DNA of 64,000 nt from Eledone cirrhosa (lineage: Eukaryota): the NCBI GenBank assembly GCA_964016885.1, contig OZ024756.1, positions 42,656,001 through 42,720,000 of the forward strand, written 5' to 3'. Numbering within the stretch: the stretch's first letter is position 1; each line of letters starts with the position of its first letter. Below the pieces are notes generated by a model that worked only from the letters and a program-made list of their open reading frames with translations, did not search any database and was not told the DNA's origin. Shown piece by piece: positions 42,025 through 56,339 of the stretch. The translations under genes were made by a program, and so were the position numbers.

Positions 42025-45000
42025 ATCATCATTCATCATCATCATCGTTTAACGTTCATCTTCCACGCTTGCATGGGTTTGGACAGGAGTTTTCCCACTT
42101 GAGGCAAGATTTGTTGTCTTGCTCGTATAGGACTGTCTGGCGGGTTTTCTACGGCTGGATGCCCTTCCTAACACCAACCACGTTTACAGTGTGGACTGGG
42201 AGGTTTTTACCGTGTTACCTACACGGCCACATTACAGCGTGGACTGTGTGTTTTTTTTGTCGTGACACCTACACGACCTCATTTGTTTCAGACTGGATGT
42301 TCTGGTACCAACATAACTTTACATTTAAAGGGGTGGTGTAGATGGGGTGGGGGTAGTGGGATGGGGGTGTATTTTGTTAGAGGTGCCTACTGACTGTAGT
42401 AGGTTTCACTTTGTACTTAGGTATTACTGTGTAGCGCCAAAGATCTCGGTCCAGTGACATTGTCTTGGAGAGGTGTAAGTGTGTGAGGTCGGAATTTATC
42501 AAGTCGTCCCAGCTTTTTCTGGGTCTGCCTACTCCGTGGCTACCGTCTATTTTTTATCGCCCTGCATTTTTTTATACAGCTGTTGTCTTTCATGTGCATC
42601 ACGTGACCGTTCCAACGTAGTCTTCTCTCGAGTAAACAGCATCTGATCCCTCTTATTCCTAATTTCTCATTTAGTTCATTTATGCTTTGCTGTTCACGTA
42701 TATTACTATTACACATCCAGCGGAGCATGCAAGCTTCGTTTCTCTCCAGTCTGCGTATATCCTCTGCACACAATGCCCAGGTCTCACTGCCATGTAACAT
42801 TGCTGTTCGTATGCAGGCATCATACAGCCTGCCTTTCATTTTTAGGGAGAAACCTTTAGCGGCCAATAGTGATATAAGCTCTCTGAACTTTTTCCATCCC
42901 GTTCTGACTCTGGCTACTGTACTTTCAGAGCACCCACCACGACTGCTGATTTTGTCACCCAGGTAACGGAAGGTGTCCACTATTTCTATAGAACCATCTG
43001 GGCAATGGAAGGAGTTAGTATCCTGTGGGTACTTGCTACTACTTATTGCACCTGATCACCGGCCACATATAAAATCTATGTTTTTGGTTAGTTTACCTGT
43101 GATCCCACTACTTCTTTTATGCACCCATACTTTGCATTTGGGACATAAAATAAAGTTTCTGCCTACTCCTTTCCTACACACTGAGCATGGCCATTTCCCA
43201 GAGGGGACCAATGTCCTATTTTCCTTCCTACATACTAGAACTTTAGTCTCAGACAAGTTAAGTTTAAGGCCTTTTGATTCTAGTCCTTGCTTCCAAGTTT
43301 GGAATTTCTTCTCTAGTTCAGCCATTGATTCAGCTATGAGCATTAGATCATCTGCGTATAGGAGTTCCCACGGGTAGCCGGTCTTGAACTCTTCTGTTAT
43401 AGCCTGAAGGGCAATAATAAATAGGAGGCGGCTAAGGATGGATCCCTGATGAACACCGACTTTTACGCTAAATTCTTCACTATATTCGTTGTTAATTCTA
43501 ACCTTGCTGACTGTTTCTTTATATATGGCTTGTATAGCTCTCATGAGCCATTCATCTACACCTAGTTTTCTAAGAGCCCACCAGATAATGGAGCGGGGGA
43601 CTCTGTCAAAGGCTTTCTCCAAGTCAACAAAAGCTAAGTATAGGGGTTTACTTTTAGCTAGGTACTTCTCCTGTAGTTGTCGTACAAGAAAAACAGCGTC
43701 TGTGGTACGTTTACCTGACGCAAACTGCATTTCATCTAGATCAATTCTGTCTCTGATTAGTTGCACTATAACTTTTTCTGTGACCTTCACGACCTGGTCA
43801 ATTAATTTAATGCCTCTATAGTTTCCCCTATCTAGGGCATCTTCTTTACCCTTGTAGCAGTTAATGATGATGCTGATACGCCAGTCATTTGGTATGACCC
43901 CATTCTGTATGACTTGGTTTACTATCCGGGAGACTATAGTGTGTCCCACCGATCCAGATGCTTTCAGCATTTCAGCAACTATATCCGAAGGCCCAGCTGC
44001 TTTGCCTGTCTTCATATCTTTGATTGCCTTACTTATACTACCTTCAACTTGCACTGCTGATCCCTCTATTGGATCGATTTGGGGCAGACTATCTTTTTCA
44101 CACTTATTCTCCTCATTTAGTAGCCTTTCGTAGTGACACTTCCAAGCTACCTTCTTATCAGCGTCAGTGATGGCAAGTATGCCATCATCATTACATACAC
44201 ACTTCTCCCCGACAATATCACGGTTTTCCTTGACACATTGCCTAGCAATCCTGAATACCTCACGTTTTTGGTCCTCGCGTTGTAGAACATGCTTGAACTT
44301 TCTTTCCTCTGCTTCCCTTCTTGCAAAGTACACTTGCCTCCTAGCTTCCCTCCTCGCCGTTTGATAGTCTTCTCTACTCCCCACATCCCGCCATACTTTC
44401 CAAGCTTGTTTCTTGGCCTTGATTGACTCCTCCACCTTACTGTTCCACCACCATGTTACTATCCTCCTGCCTATAGGTCTGCTCCAGCCACAGATTTTAT
44501 CTGTCGCCTTCAGCAAGTTTACTTTCAGGAATTCCCACTCTTCCTCTATACTGTACGTCTCTAATTGCTCTTCCTTACTGTCAAAAGCATCGAGTGGTAT
44601 GCTTTTAAATTTGTTACTGGTTGTGGGGTCCTTTAACTTCCATATTCTTTTTCTCAGGGTAGTCCTCCTCTGTTGTCAAGAATGTCTTGTCCTGACTATG
44701 AGGTCCCTAACTACGAGGCTATGTTGGGGGGTGCATTCTTCGCGGGGAGGGATTTAGTGTTTACAACCGACACTTTGTCACGTCTTCTGGTAAGGATATA
44801 ATCTATCTGACTGGCGTGTTCCCCTGATCTATAGGTGATCAAGTGATTGTCTCGTTTTTTGAAGTTGGAGATAGTTAGGTTATTTGCATCACAGAATTCC
44901 AGAATTCTGAAGCCTTCCTTATTTCTGGTACCAAACCCATAGCCTCTCTGGATTCCATCATAGCCGTCACAATGTTGTCCAACATGACCATTTAGGTCGC

Positions 45001-45640
45001 CAGCAATAATTATGTAGTCACTGTCGGTTGGTTGGGAGGTAGTGAGCATTAGCAACTCATAGAATCTGTCTTTTATAACGCCAGGCAGTCCAGATTGGGG
45101 TGTGTAAGCGGATATTATTGTCACAGTAGTTCTATTTAGGACAAGTCTTATTTTGATTATTCTGTCATTCACTCTATTTACGTTGATTACCTTATCTACT
45201 CATTTTTCTGCTAACATAATTCCTACTCCACCCAGCCCATTGTCATTTCCCACCCAGAAAAGTTTATAGCATCGTTTTTTACCCATAATGAATCTAGCAG
45301 ACCCACCCCTCCACCTAGTCTCTTGGACGCAACATGCATCAACTTCCTTACGTTCAAGCATCTCTACAACCTCGTTAGAGCGACCTTTTAAAGTGCCTAC
45401 ATTCATGGTACCAACTCTGAAGTTTTGGATTTCGTTTGATTGGTGGAAGGGATGGGATGGAGGTGTAGGGACGGGTGAGGGAGATGGGGTTATGTTTGCC
45501 ATCCGCATCTGAAATAAAGAGGTAACCTTGCATTTTCGTCCGGCCACATGAGGTGAATTAATCTTTATCTTTGACATTGTCATTTGAATCTCCAGATTCT
45601 TCGTTCTCTCCAGAATCCCACAGTCCATCTAGCATATCAA
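42025..45640 (-). mobile_element. Near full-length, frameshifted RTE LINE (AP endonuclease, RT, Cys-rich insert)
   Basis: VGTMNVGTL, CVQETRW, GDLNGHVG, SQIDYIL, FVDLEKAFDRVP, GVHQGS, YADD, CSVCRKGVGRNFILCPKC. Confidence 0.95.
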
Positions 45641-45887
45641 AGGCAACCAGGTTTAAACTTTAGGAGTGAATAGCCGAGGCGGTGGTTTTGTGTAAGAGTG
45701 TAAGAAATTGTTAAGAGAGATGAATAAGCCGCTGAATTATGATTGGACCATCTAATAATGGTGGCGAGTGGGGGCGGGGGGAAGGATATGGGGAAGTTAA
45801 CTAGAAGGTTATTTTTTTTTTTAAACCTATAAACGAACATATAACAGTAATTAGTGTTTAAATACGAGAAGGTTATTAAACGAACGT

Positions 45888-45958
<71 letters not shown>

Positions 45959-46045
45959 ATATATATATATAACAAACATCTCTCTTTTATAATATGCACA
46001 AAGAAAAGTAATACAGTAAAGAAAATAATAGAAAAATCTGCTTAC

Positions 46046-46357
46046 CTTCGCCTGAAATATAGATTATTATTGTACGGTTCATGCCATATATTGAACATGT
46101 GACAGATATATAATGATGTGGCCTAATTGTTATGTTATATTTCAGGTGTGACTCTACTGTACTATAACAAATGTCACTTTCTGGAATTGTCACCTTATCT
46201 AACCAAGTACCTAACATAATTTTTTTATGTGATATAACCCATTGAAACTGGACATTCTCTACATATTTTGGTAGATTTGCAGTACATGTGAATGTAGAAA
46301 GCTCTTCAGTTCTATGGTATTTGTTGTGAGACGTCAGATTTTTCAGAGAAGATTTCA
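46046..46357 (-). CDS. Copy B, exon 4: Ig-like domain 2 (312 nt, phase 1-1)
   Basis: Polypyrimidine-ttttcag acceptor, G|gtaagc donor; VKSSLKNL...STFTCTAN...QFQW...DICYSTVES...VTCS. Confidence 0.85.
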
Positions 46358-47442
46358 CTGAAAAGAAAAAGAAGAAAATGATGAAATAAATAATTGTTTC
46401 TACTTTTGGCACAAGGCCAGCAATCTAAAATCTTTAAATCTAAAGTATGAAACAGGAAAAATGTGATTAGAGGAAGATTTAAACATACATATAAATTTTA
46501 GGAAAATATATTTTCAAGATAGCTATTGTAATGGAATTCTTCTGTTTTACCTGGCGAAGATTCGAAATCGAATCTTCGCCAGGTAAAACTAGAAGAATTC
46601 CGTTACACTATGATAAAAATATAATAATTGTTTCTACTTTTGTCACAAGGCCAGCAATTACGCCAGTGCATTACTGGTACTTTGTTTTATTGACCCCGTA
46701 AGGATGAAAGGCAAAGTAAACCTCGGCAGGATTTGAACTCAGAATGGCAAGGGCCGTAACTCTATGCGTCAAAGCATGGTGTCCGATCCTCTACCAATAC
46801 TGCCAATGAAATGAAATGTTGGCTGGTTATATTAATAGAAACTACAACTAAAATGTTGAATGAGGAGATTGCTTCTGATAAGACACTGTGGAAGATATGT
46901 GTGAGAACTCTGCCCTGACAACACTCTCATGAAGAGGTGCTGGTCAAACAGAAGTAAGTTTAGTGCAAGAAGGAACAAAGTCTATATCACACTAACTACA
47001 CAAACACCAGTGACACGTACAAACATGTACTGCCATTCTGAGTTCAAATCCCGCCGAGGTTGACTTTGCCTTTCATCCTTACGGGGTCGATAAAATAAAG
47101 TACCAGTAATACACTGGGGGTAATAGCTGGCCTTGTGCCAAAAGTAGAAACAATTAATATGTCTATATATGTCATCAAGTATGAAATTTGTAGAAATTTG
47201 ATTTTTTTTTTTGTTATAAATTTCTACAAATTTCATACCTGACGACTCAGTACTTTGGGTATTAAAGAGGGTTAAAAATATATTGGGACTCCGATGGCTG
47301 AGCTCCTGCCGTTTCAACAGATATATATATTATGATTAATAACATGAAAAACAATAATCAAATAATCAAGTTTTCTAACTGAAGTGAAATAACAACAAAA
47401 GTGCTGAATGTTGACTAGAGAAATTACGGAATAAAACTTTAC

Positions 47443-47763
47443 CTTTCACAATCTGCGATGGTTTGGATGTGTTGCCACCAACTGTGCCACATTGATATCT
47501 TGTTGCATCATGGCAATCAGGGTTATCTTTCCAGCAGTGAACCTCTGCATTCCATCCACTAACTACTGGTATTTTACAGTCAAAATCAGGTTCAAAAGAT
47601 TCTTTTTTAAATATATTGCTCTCCTTTTCTATATATATATTTGCGAGCGAATAATTGTTTCTCCTGATGAACACCGGAAGAGTGTGACCAGTTACCTTAC
47701 ATGTTATATTTATTCTAGATGATGATCCAATCTCAAATTCAGGTGTTACAAATATCTCAAAAG
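47443..47763 (-). CDS. Copy B, exon 3: Ig-like domain 1 (321 nt, phase 1-1)
   Basis: ttccatattttag acceptor, G|gtaaag donor; FEIFVTPEFEIGSSSRINITC...FDC...HCWKDNPDCHDATRYQC. Confidence 0.87.
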
Positions 47764-48449
47764 CTAAAATATGGAAGAGGAGAAAATGATTAGACAAAGA
47801 TTTATTTTAAAAATAACATATATAATGGCAGGTAGAGAAAAGCTAAGACAGAGAAGAAAACAATAATAGAAAAAGGAGAGAAAATACAGTTGTGAATGGA
47901 AAAAGAAAAAGAAAATATAAAAAGAAAAAGAAAAAGAAAAAGAAAAAGAAAAAGAAAAAGAAAAAGAAAAAGAAAAAGAAAAAGAAAAAGAAAATAGAAA
48001 ATAGAAAAAGAAAAAGAAGAAGAAAAAGAAGACCAGGTTAAAAAATGCCCAGCTCCCCTCTCAAGGTTTAAGCACATTTCAAAAGCTGTTTGATTCAGCT
48101 CCCTTACTCAGGCTGAAAGATATTTTCAGAGGTCCCTTAGCTCCTTGGTTAGAGCACTCAACTGGTATCTGAGAGATACCAGTTTCGATTCCTATTAGCA
48201 GCAGCAGACAACTACTTTTTCTGTCTTTAAGTGTCTTTACCTTATTCGTAAGCTATTTTATAACAACAGAGTGTCCTTGCAGTTATTTTCTGCGCCTCAG
48301 TATAATACATTTTCTATATACTTTACGTGCTCAGTACTTCATAAGTTCGAAAACTTCAGCTTCGTACAGATGTTTAATTCAGCTCCCTTTTCCAGACGGT
48401 TAGATGTTGTCAGAGGACCCTTAGCTCAATGGCCCACTCTGTCATCTGC

Positions 48450-49510
48450 TAGGCACAAAGGAAGCTAGGCATAGATGAATGGTTACTGACGACTATGCAG
48501 GTCATATACAGAGGTGAAAACAACAAGGTAGCAGTTGGCAATGAGTACAGTGATGAATTAGAAGTGCTTGTAGAAATCCACCAAGGTTTAGTCATCAGTC
48601 CAGTCCTGTTTATCATTCTCCTTCAGTCCTTATCTGGAGAGTTTAAGACTGGCATTCCATGGGAACTCCTGTATGTTGATGATCTAGTCCTTATATCTGA
48701 ATCTACGGGAGAGTTATTGGCAAAATTCAAAGCATGGAAGAAAAACCTAGAATTGAAAGGCCTAAAAGTAAATTTAGCAAAGACAAAAGTCTGAAGTAGA
48801 AAGGAAGGCTAGAAGCTGTTACCATCAGGAAATTGGCCTTGTTCAATGTGTAAAAAGAGGGTGGACAGAAACTCGATAAGTTACATAGTGTTCCCTATGG
48901 ACACACAAGAAAAGTAATGAGATTGTAGGTAGGCTAACAGAGAAGATATGTTTTATGTAGTAGAGGTGTAGGAGGAGTAAGAACTAAGAAAACACGTGAA
49001 GTAGATTCACTCAATTGCCACGGCTTTCAGGTTGTTGACAGATTTTGTTATCTAGATAACCTAATCAGCAGTAGGTGAGGATGCTCTGAAAGAATGGTGG
49101 CTTGGATAAGAACAGGCTGGAAGTTTAGAGAATAACTACCTAAGCTGACAACAAAGGGCTTCTCTCTCAGAATGAAGGGTAGACTGTATGATGCCTGCGT
49201 GCGAACTGCAATGCTACATGGCAATGAAACATGGGCTCTGACTGCAGAAGGCCTACAAAGGCTAAAACTAAACGAAACAAGTATGCTCCGATGGATGTGT
49301 AATGTCAGTGTGCATGTGTGAAGTAGCATGAACGAGCTAAGAGAAAAACTTGGTATGAGATGAATTGGATGTAGAGTGTATAAGAGAAGACTGTATTAGT
49401 ATGAACATGTGATGTCTATGGAAGGTAGCAACAGAGAATCTATTGGAAGAGGTAGATCTAAGGAAACATGGCAGGAAGTAGTGAAGGCTGACCTTCAAAA
49501 GCCAGGACTG
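48450..49510 (+). mobile_element. Degenerate RTE LINE reverse transcriptase fragment
   Basis: EFKTGIPWELLYVDDLVL, GLKVNLAKTKV. Confidence 0.88.
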
Positions 49511-49946
49511 AAGGGAGTAGCCATATGCTGTACTGAAGACCTTCCTAATACTTTTTAATGAACAGAGAAGAGGTGTAGCCATTATCTTCAGGCTGAAAAC
49601 TTGTTACAAACACATACAAACTGACTGACATTTATAACACACTACATTCTTAAATTCAGATATTATTTACATGACGAAACCCGACTCTAGTTAAAGGAAA
49701 TAGTTAACTGATTTTATCAATATTTTAAAATACAGTTTTCAATGACACAATAGCATTACTACTATTGTTCTCAAACAGGTATTAATATACAAAGTTAGAC
49801 TAACAAGGGACGGAGCTGTAACTGATGAAAGCTGAACCATGTATATTTGGCTGGTAGGGCTAATGTCTTACCTGGGCATATATTGAGGGAGAGAGAGAGG
49901 GAGGGATGAGGCAGAGAAACATAGAGAAAAACTATTGCATAGGAGG

Positions 49947-50018
<72 letters not shown>

Positions 50019-50099
50019 AAGAGTAGTGGAAAGAATAAAGTTATTGTTTAGTCTTTTTCCTGCGCATGAGGCAGCAATTACGTGACGTCCACTAGGCAC

Positions 50100-51000
50100 T
50101 ACAACCAGTAGTGGTATTAGGGTGCGTGAGGTCCACACTCTGAGGTGGGCGGAGGTCCGGACACTCACTCAGTATATGTTCAGCAGTCTATTCTGGTAAG
50201 CCACATAGGCCAACTGCTGAGGAACTCAGTTCCCAGTGGTGCATGGCTGTATTGAATTGCCCGACAACTGTGCTTAAACGATTCAGGGACAACCACTCCC
50301 TAAGAGAGATACGTTGGTGCCTCGGAGAGCTGTATTTGTTTTTACATTGAGTTAAACAGGTCAAGATATGTTGCCAGGTAGATACCCATGTTAGAATTGA
50401 GGACAGAAACGGCGACCTTACATCAAGTGAAGTTGGTACAGTAGTTGAGAATCCCCTGCCATGTCTTGGTGTGGAAGTCTATTGAAGCCTTGGTTGCCAA
50501 CCTATGTGTGTGTAATGCTCTCTTTGAAGGGATACAGGAGTAATTCCCGAGAATACAGGTAGGGCGGAGACATCCAGTAATGAACCTGAAGGCTTGGGCA
50601 ATGGCGCGTAGTGTGGAGATGCCAACATCCCATGATGGGCCTGTCAAGCGACGTAAAAGGTTGTACCCCGTGGACACCTTTGCACGTAAGGACTAAAGGT
50701 TTTGTCTGTAATTCAGGTGTCGTTCCAATTTTAATCTGAAATAGCTCGGTGTGATGTTATATGGGAAGGGTGTGCCATCGAGGTTAATGGTGAGATGGCG
50801 ATTGGCTTTCTCGGTATTCAGATAGAATGCCATTGCCATCCCCAGCTTCAATCTCCAAGTCTTGAAATATGTTGCCAGTGGGGTCATGTTTACTGTTAGT
50901 ACGCTCTCTACGTTAGTCAAGACTCTATCGGAGTGGAGATGTCTAGTCATAACCTACAGGCTATTCCAATACGTCACCAACCTTCGGGGTAACACTTTCT
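50100..51000 (-). mobile_element. Ingi/Vingi-like LINE fragment
   Basis: YFKTWRLKL, STGYNLLRRLTGPSW, RFITGCLRPT; clade assignment is from recalled motifs only. Confidence 0.65.
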
Positions 51001-51182
51001 CCATTCTGTCACCTGGGGTCACAAAGCTGCCTGTACCAACTCTCCTACAAACCAGAGAACGCTACCCAACATTGTCTGGGCCCACATCGTTGGGGGTAGC
51101 GAATTTATGACAGTACTAAATTGTTTTTTTAAATATTTTCTTTCACTTTAGAAGTCATAATATATCTAAAGTAATTACTTAC

Positions 51183-51313
51183 TGGGTGGTTCGGAACGAG
51201 CCATTATCACAATCATCATCATCACCATAACTATTACCATAGTCCTCAACAGGTTGGGCAGAAAAAACCGCCGACTGCCCTCATCAACAGTTGTAATAAA
51301 ACAGCAAGACATA
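51183..51313 (-). CDS. Copy B, exon 2: signal-peptide exon
   Basis: MSCCFITTVDEGSRRFFLPNLLRTMVIVMVMMMIVIMARSEPP A|gtaagt. Confidence 0.82.
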
Positions 51314-51841
51314 CTATGATTCACGTAAAATATGAATTATAATAGAAACCAAAAAATATTTTACAAAAGTTTTTCTTATTTAATTAATGTCCGTGATGTA
51401 ATAAAATTAATTAAAAGAACTCTACAAATTATGAGGGAATTAAACAGGTTATCTAAACATAAATATTGTGTATATGTGAAGTTATGTATATATATATATA
51501 TATAATTGTGCGAGTGTTGTTAAATTGGGACGTTTTCTCTTCGAAATATCGAATAATGCACAATGGGACAAATAAAGTTGGTTTTTCTTGTTTTCTTAAA
51601 TCCTAGAACGAAAGTAGTTAAAATAATCCGTATGTTAATAAACAACACATATACCACATATATATTTCTCTAGAGTGGTGAGCGTGTATTAGAGCAAAAT
51701 ATATTTTGAAATGAAATCTAAAAACAAAAGAAGAACGACCAACTTTTAAAAATGGAACAAGTTGCAGGTAATATAGTAACAGGTTATTTTCCCTCAACTG
51801 ACTTGACTTGTAAGTTAGTAGCAGCACAAATACACACTTAC

Positions 51842-51888
51842 GTATGTAGCGTTCCAAATGTTATGATCAAAGAACGCCGTCTCATCAT
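51842..51888 (-). CDS. Copy B, exon 1 (MMRRRSLIITFGTLH)
   Basis: In-frame TAG immediately upstream of the ATG; AC|gtaagt donor; conserved in C and D. Confidence 0.65.
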
Positions 51889-52884
51889 CTAACTCTCTGT
51901 AACAGAGTTTAGTTATTTTTTCTTTTTAAAACCACAATAAAATTTTCCCTCTCTTCCTTTCTTTCCCTTTCCCTATTGTCATGTAATTTCCTTTTCTATC
52001 TCTCTCTCTATCTTGACATATCTTTCTTTTTCTCCATATTTCTCCCTTGGTATTTAGTTCTCTCTCCCCCCCTCTCTCGTACACCATCTATTTCTCTTAT
52101 CTAAGACTTTTACTCTCACATTTTTTCATCTCTCTGTCTCTATATTTCTCTTTTACTATCTCTTTCTCTCACATCCCCTCTCTTTCTCGTAATCATCCTC
52201 TACGTCCTTCTCTATACAATGGAGAAAGAGAGATAATTCCAAAACAAAATGGCCAGATTGTTTTTAAATAACAGGAAAATAAATAATATTGAATTCCATA
52301 TAAATTAGTTTCGTTTCATTTTTCTTCTTTCATATTTCCACCAATATTTGCAATGTTATTTATACATCTGTCAATTAATATATTGTCTGTAATTCTATTA
52401 AATTTTGTAATTACTATGAATTGGTTAGTTTTATATCGAATAATAATAATTGTTTCTACTTTTGGCACAAGGCCAGCAAATATTCAAGTTTATTACTGGT
52501 ACTTTATTATTTTTTTCGGTTTGATTCTATATTATTATGTGAAATATTTATATATATATATATGTTGAAACACGTATTGTTATAGTTTGGGAGGGCCATG
52601 CTGCCAATTAAAACACACACACACACCTGTTGGTTTTCACTTCAATTTATAAATTATAAACACACACAATCAAGGTGGTATAGGACAGAAAAAAGGAGAG
52701 ACACAAAATAACAAATGTTTCACTGAGGAAGTCACAGAATGTGTGATGAAAGAGCTTTGACAATAAACAAATAAATAACCATCTGGCTATTAAACTAACC
52801 GATTGGTAGTTTATAATAAACTGAAGTGAAAACTAACAGGTGTATGTGTTTTTATTGGCAGCATACGCTCTCTCAAAGTATAAC

Positions 52885-52950
<66 letters not shown>

Positions 52951-52979
52951 AAAGAATAGAGGTGTAACACACAAGTTAT

Positions 52980-53443
52980 TATATATTGGTAAACGGAATA
53001 GAAAATGCTGACAAATTGTTCACAGTTGAAAAATGGTTTAATTAGGAATAAAAGAGTATTAGTGATTGTATGGGTTAGTATTCAGTTATGGTTTTAAGTT
53101 TTTAGGTTTTTACCGGTTGCGTATTTCTAAATGCTTTTCAAAAATAATTTTGAGATAGAGTGTCCGTGCTGTTTGCTCTGATCTGATTAGTTTTGGGAAT
53201 TCTACCTGTTTTTATGTTAAAAAAGTGGCTCCAGCAAAAATTCTTGTGGTCAAAACAATTTTGATTGGTCGGTAGAGGTCATGTGAATAAAAAATTGGTT
53301 TTGCGCCAAGATTGAGAAATGACTCTTTCACAACAAATATGTGTGTGTGTGTGTGTGTGTGTGTGTAGTAGTAGTAGTAGTAGTAAGGTGTTCGATGTTG
53401 TGATAATGGTTAGCAGCGATGTGTGTCAAATGGCTATTAAGAT

Positions 53444-53536
<93 letters not shown>

Positions 53537-53728
53537 TGTGTATGTGTGTGTGTGTGTGTGTGTGTATAGCAGAGTGATTCGTGGTGGCAGGGATGGTCAG
53601 TAAGAATGTGTCTGAAAGCAATGGGGGGTATTTTAGCGTGTCAAAAGATATTTTTCAGCTTTTGTCTTATACGGAGAAGTGCGTGTGTGTGTGTGTATAT
53701 AAGTCTCTTTGTATGTTGATGTACGCGT

Positions 53729-53764
<36 letters not shown>

Positions 53765-53918
53765 ACCAGTATTTTTTTCCCCCTGGTGCAACCGGTAAAA
53801 ACTTAAAAACTTAAAACCACAACTGAATACTAACCCATACAATCACTAATACTCTTTTATTCCTAATTAAACCATTTTTCAACTGTGAACAATTTGTCAG
53901 CATTTTCTATTCCGTTTA

Positions 53919-53925
<7 letters not shown>
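52980..53925. repeat. Inverted repeat of about 140 bp (Penelope pLTR-like) around GT microsatellites
   Basis: 52980-53120 is the reverse complement of about 53788-53925. Confidence 0.8.
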
Positions 53926-53989
<64 letters not shown>

Positions 53990-54044
53990 GTGAGGTTTTT
54001 TTTACAAAATGAAAAATAACCGAGGTGTCCTCCACGAGTGAAAG

Positions 54045-54300
54045 TATAAAGAAAAAGAGATGAAATCGAAAATGCAACTGGAGTCTTATTTAAAAAAAAT
54101 ATATATATATTTATTTGGTTCCTTTACCGGTTTCGCAGTTCTTCTGCTTTTCAAAAGATGTGAGAAAAATCACAGACCCTCCATCTCAAATCACCTTTTG
54201 AAAACCAGAAGAACTGCGAAACCGGTAAAGGAACCAAATAAATATATATATTTAAAAAGAAAATAAGACTCCAGTTGCATTTTCGATTTCATCTCTTTTT

Positions 54301-54305
<5 letters not shown>
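54045..54305. repeat. Palindromic pLTR-like repeat with hammerhead-like motifs; related copy at about 26155-26300
   Basis: About 110-bp arms containing TTGAAAA-GCAG..CTGC-GAAA-CCGG-TA. Confidence 0.75.
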
Positions 54306-54357
<52 letters not shown>

Positions 54358-54559
54358 AGAGAAAGAGAGAATTACAGTATTATTCAATTTCCGTTAGTGT
54401 AATCAATTAATTTACGGAGTGTGTATAGAAAATTACAAAAATATTATTAAAAATATCGTGATTCAGATGAGTGGGAATAACATTTATTGCATATTCCTAC
54501 TGGATTAAGGTGTTTTTAATAATATTTTTGTATATATAGTAATAATAAATACGAAGATC

Positions 54560-55125
54560 ATAATTAGTTGAGCACTTCCTGTATCTGGGAGCAGAGGATG
54601 CTGTGGTTGAGAAGAAGAGCAAAGCCTGGGCGGCATGCCACAGTTTGAGATTGGTGTGGAAGTCAGACCTTCGTAAAGACCTGAAGATCCGTCTGTTCGT
54701 TGCTATAGTAGAGACTGTGCTGCTGTATGGGTCTGAGACTTGGACACTGACCAAGAAACTCACTGAGATGGTGGATGGGTGCTACACGAGAATGCTGAGG
54801 ATGGCTCTGAACATTAATCAGTATACACTGAGGATGACGAACTCAGAGCTTTACGGGAGCCTCCCAAAAGTCAGCTCGAGAGTGACACAGAGGAGACTGA
54901 GGTTAGCTGGACATGCTCACCGACATCCAGAGTTGACACTGCACTTAGTGCTCCTGTCAGAGCCCCTGCACGGACACACTGGAAGTGGAAGACTGAGGTT
55001 GAGATATGTTGATGCCCTGAGGACAGACACAGGTCTCTTGGAAACGCAGGACATGGCAGTGATGATGAGGGAGAGAGACCGCTGGAGAGAACATGTCCAT
55101 GGGTCTCGGGAATTTTACCCGCCCT
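54560..55125 (+). mobile_element. RTE-type LINE 3' fragment
   Basis: KIRLFVAIVETVLLYGSETWTL, RRLRLAGH. Confidence 0.88.
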
Positions 55126-55129
55126 ATAT

Positions 55130-55205
<76 letters not shown>

Positions 55206-55207
55206 TA

Positions 55208-55810
55208 TCATCATCATCATTATTTTACGTCCGCTTTTCCCTGCTTGCAAGGGTGGGCTGGGTCCTATTCAGCACAGTATCTCTCCATTCGTCATCTCCT
55301 CTGTGAGCTTCGGCGATCTAGGTCTGCTCTCACCACATCCGCCCATGATTTTCGTGGTCTTCCTCTACTATGTCTTCCTTCCACCAGGATTTCTTGGCAC
55401 TTCTTTACCCAGCGGTCATCCTCCATGCACATCACATGTCGATATCAACGCAGTCTTCTCGCCCACACCCTATAGCTTATCCCTCTGACACACAGTTTCT
55501 CTCTCAACTCGCCTATGCTTGGTCATCCACGTACATTGACATTGCACATCCATCAGAGCATGCTTGCTTAATTTCTCTCCAGCCGTCGCATATCCTCCAA
55601 AGTTGCTGCCCATGTCTCACTACCATGTACCATCGCGCATTTCACACAGGCATCATATAACCGGCCTTTCGTTCGTAGGGAGAAACCCTTCGTTGTCAAC
55701 AGAGGAAGCAACTCCCTAAACTTCTTCCAACCTGTCCTTATTCTAGATACTATGGCCTCGGAGCACCATCCTCCCTTACTAATCTGAACACCTAGGTACC
55801 GGAAGCTATC
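55208..55810 (-). mobile_element. RTE LINE 3' fragment
   Basis: DSFRYLG, KGRLYDACV, HGSETW; (CAT)n tail. Confidence 0.88.
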
Positions 55811-55881
55811 TATAAATCCTACTAGCATTTGAAAAAAATGTGTCTATCACTGCCACTTCTACTATGAAATTTCCATGAACA

Positions 55882-55921
<40 letters not shown>

Positions 55922-55954
55922 CACACACATATATATATATACACACACAAATAC

Positions 55955-55985
<31 letters not shown>

Positions 55986-55987
55986 TA

Positions 55988-56019
<32 letters not shown>

Positions 56020-56020
56020 T

Positions 56021-56095
<75 letters not shown>

Positions 56096-56229
56096 CACAT
56101 ACACACACACACTCATATATATATATAAATATATATACACATACTCATATATATATACATATACTCACACATATATATATACATACACACACACATATAT
56201 ATATACATACACACACACATATATATATA

Positions 56230-56321
<92 letters not shown>

Positions 56322-56339
56322 TATATATATATATATGTT

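Noticed and set aside
48130-48205. tRNA-like sequence with A and B boxes
   Set aside because: Acceptor and T stems do not pair convincingly and the head is partly repeated at about 48415; probably a SINE head or pseudo-tRNA.
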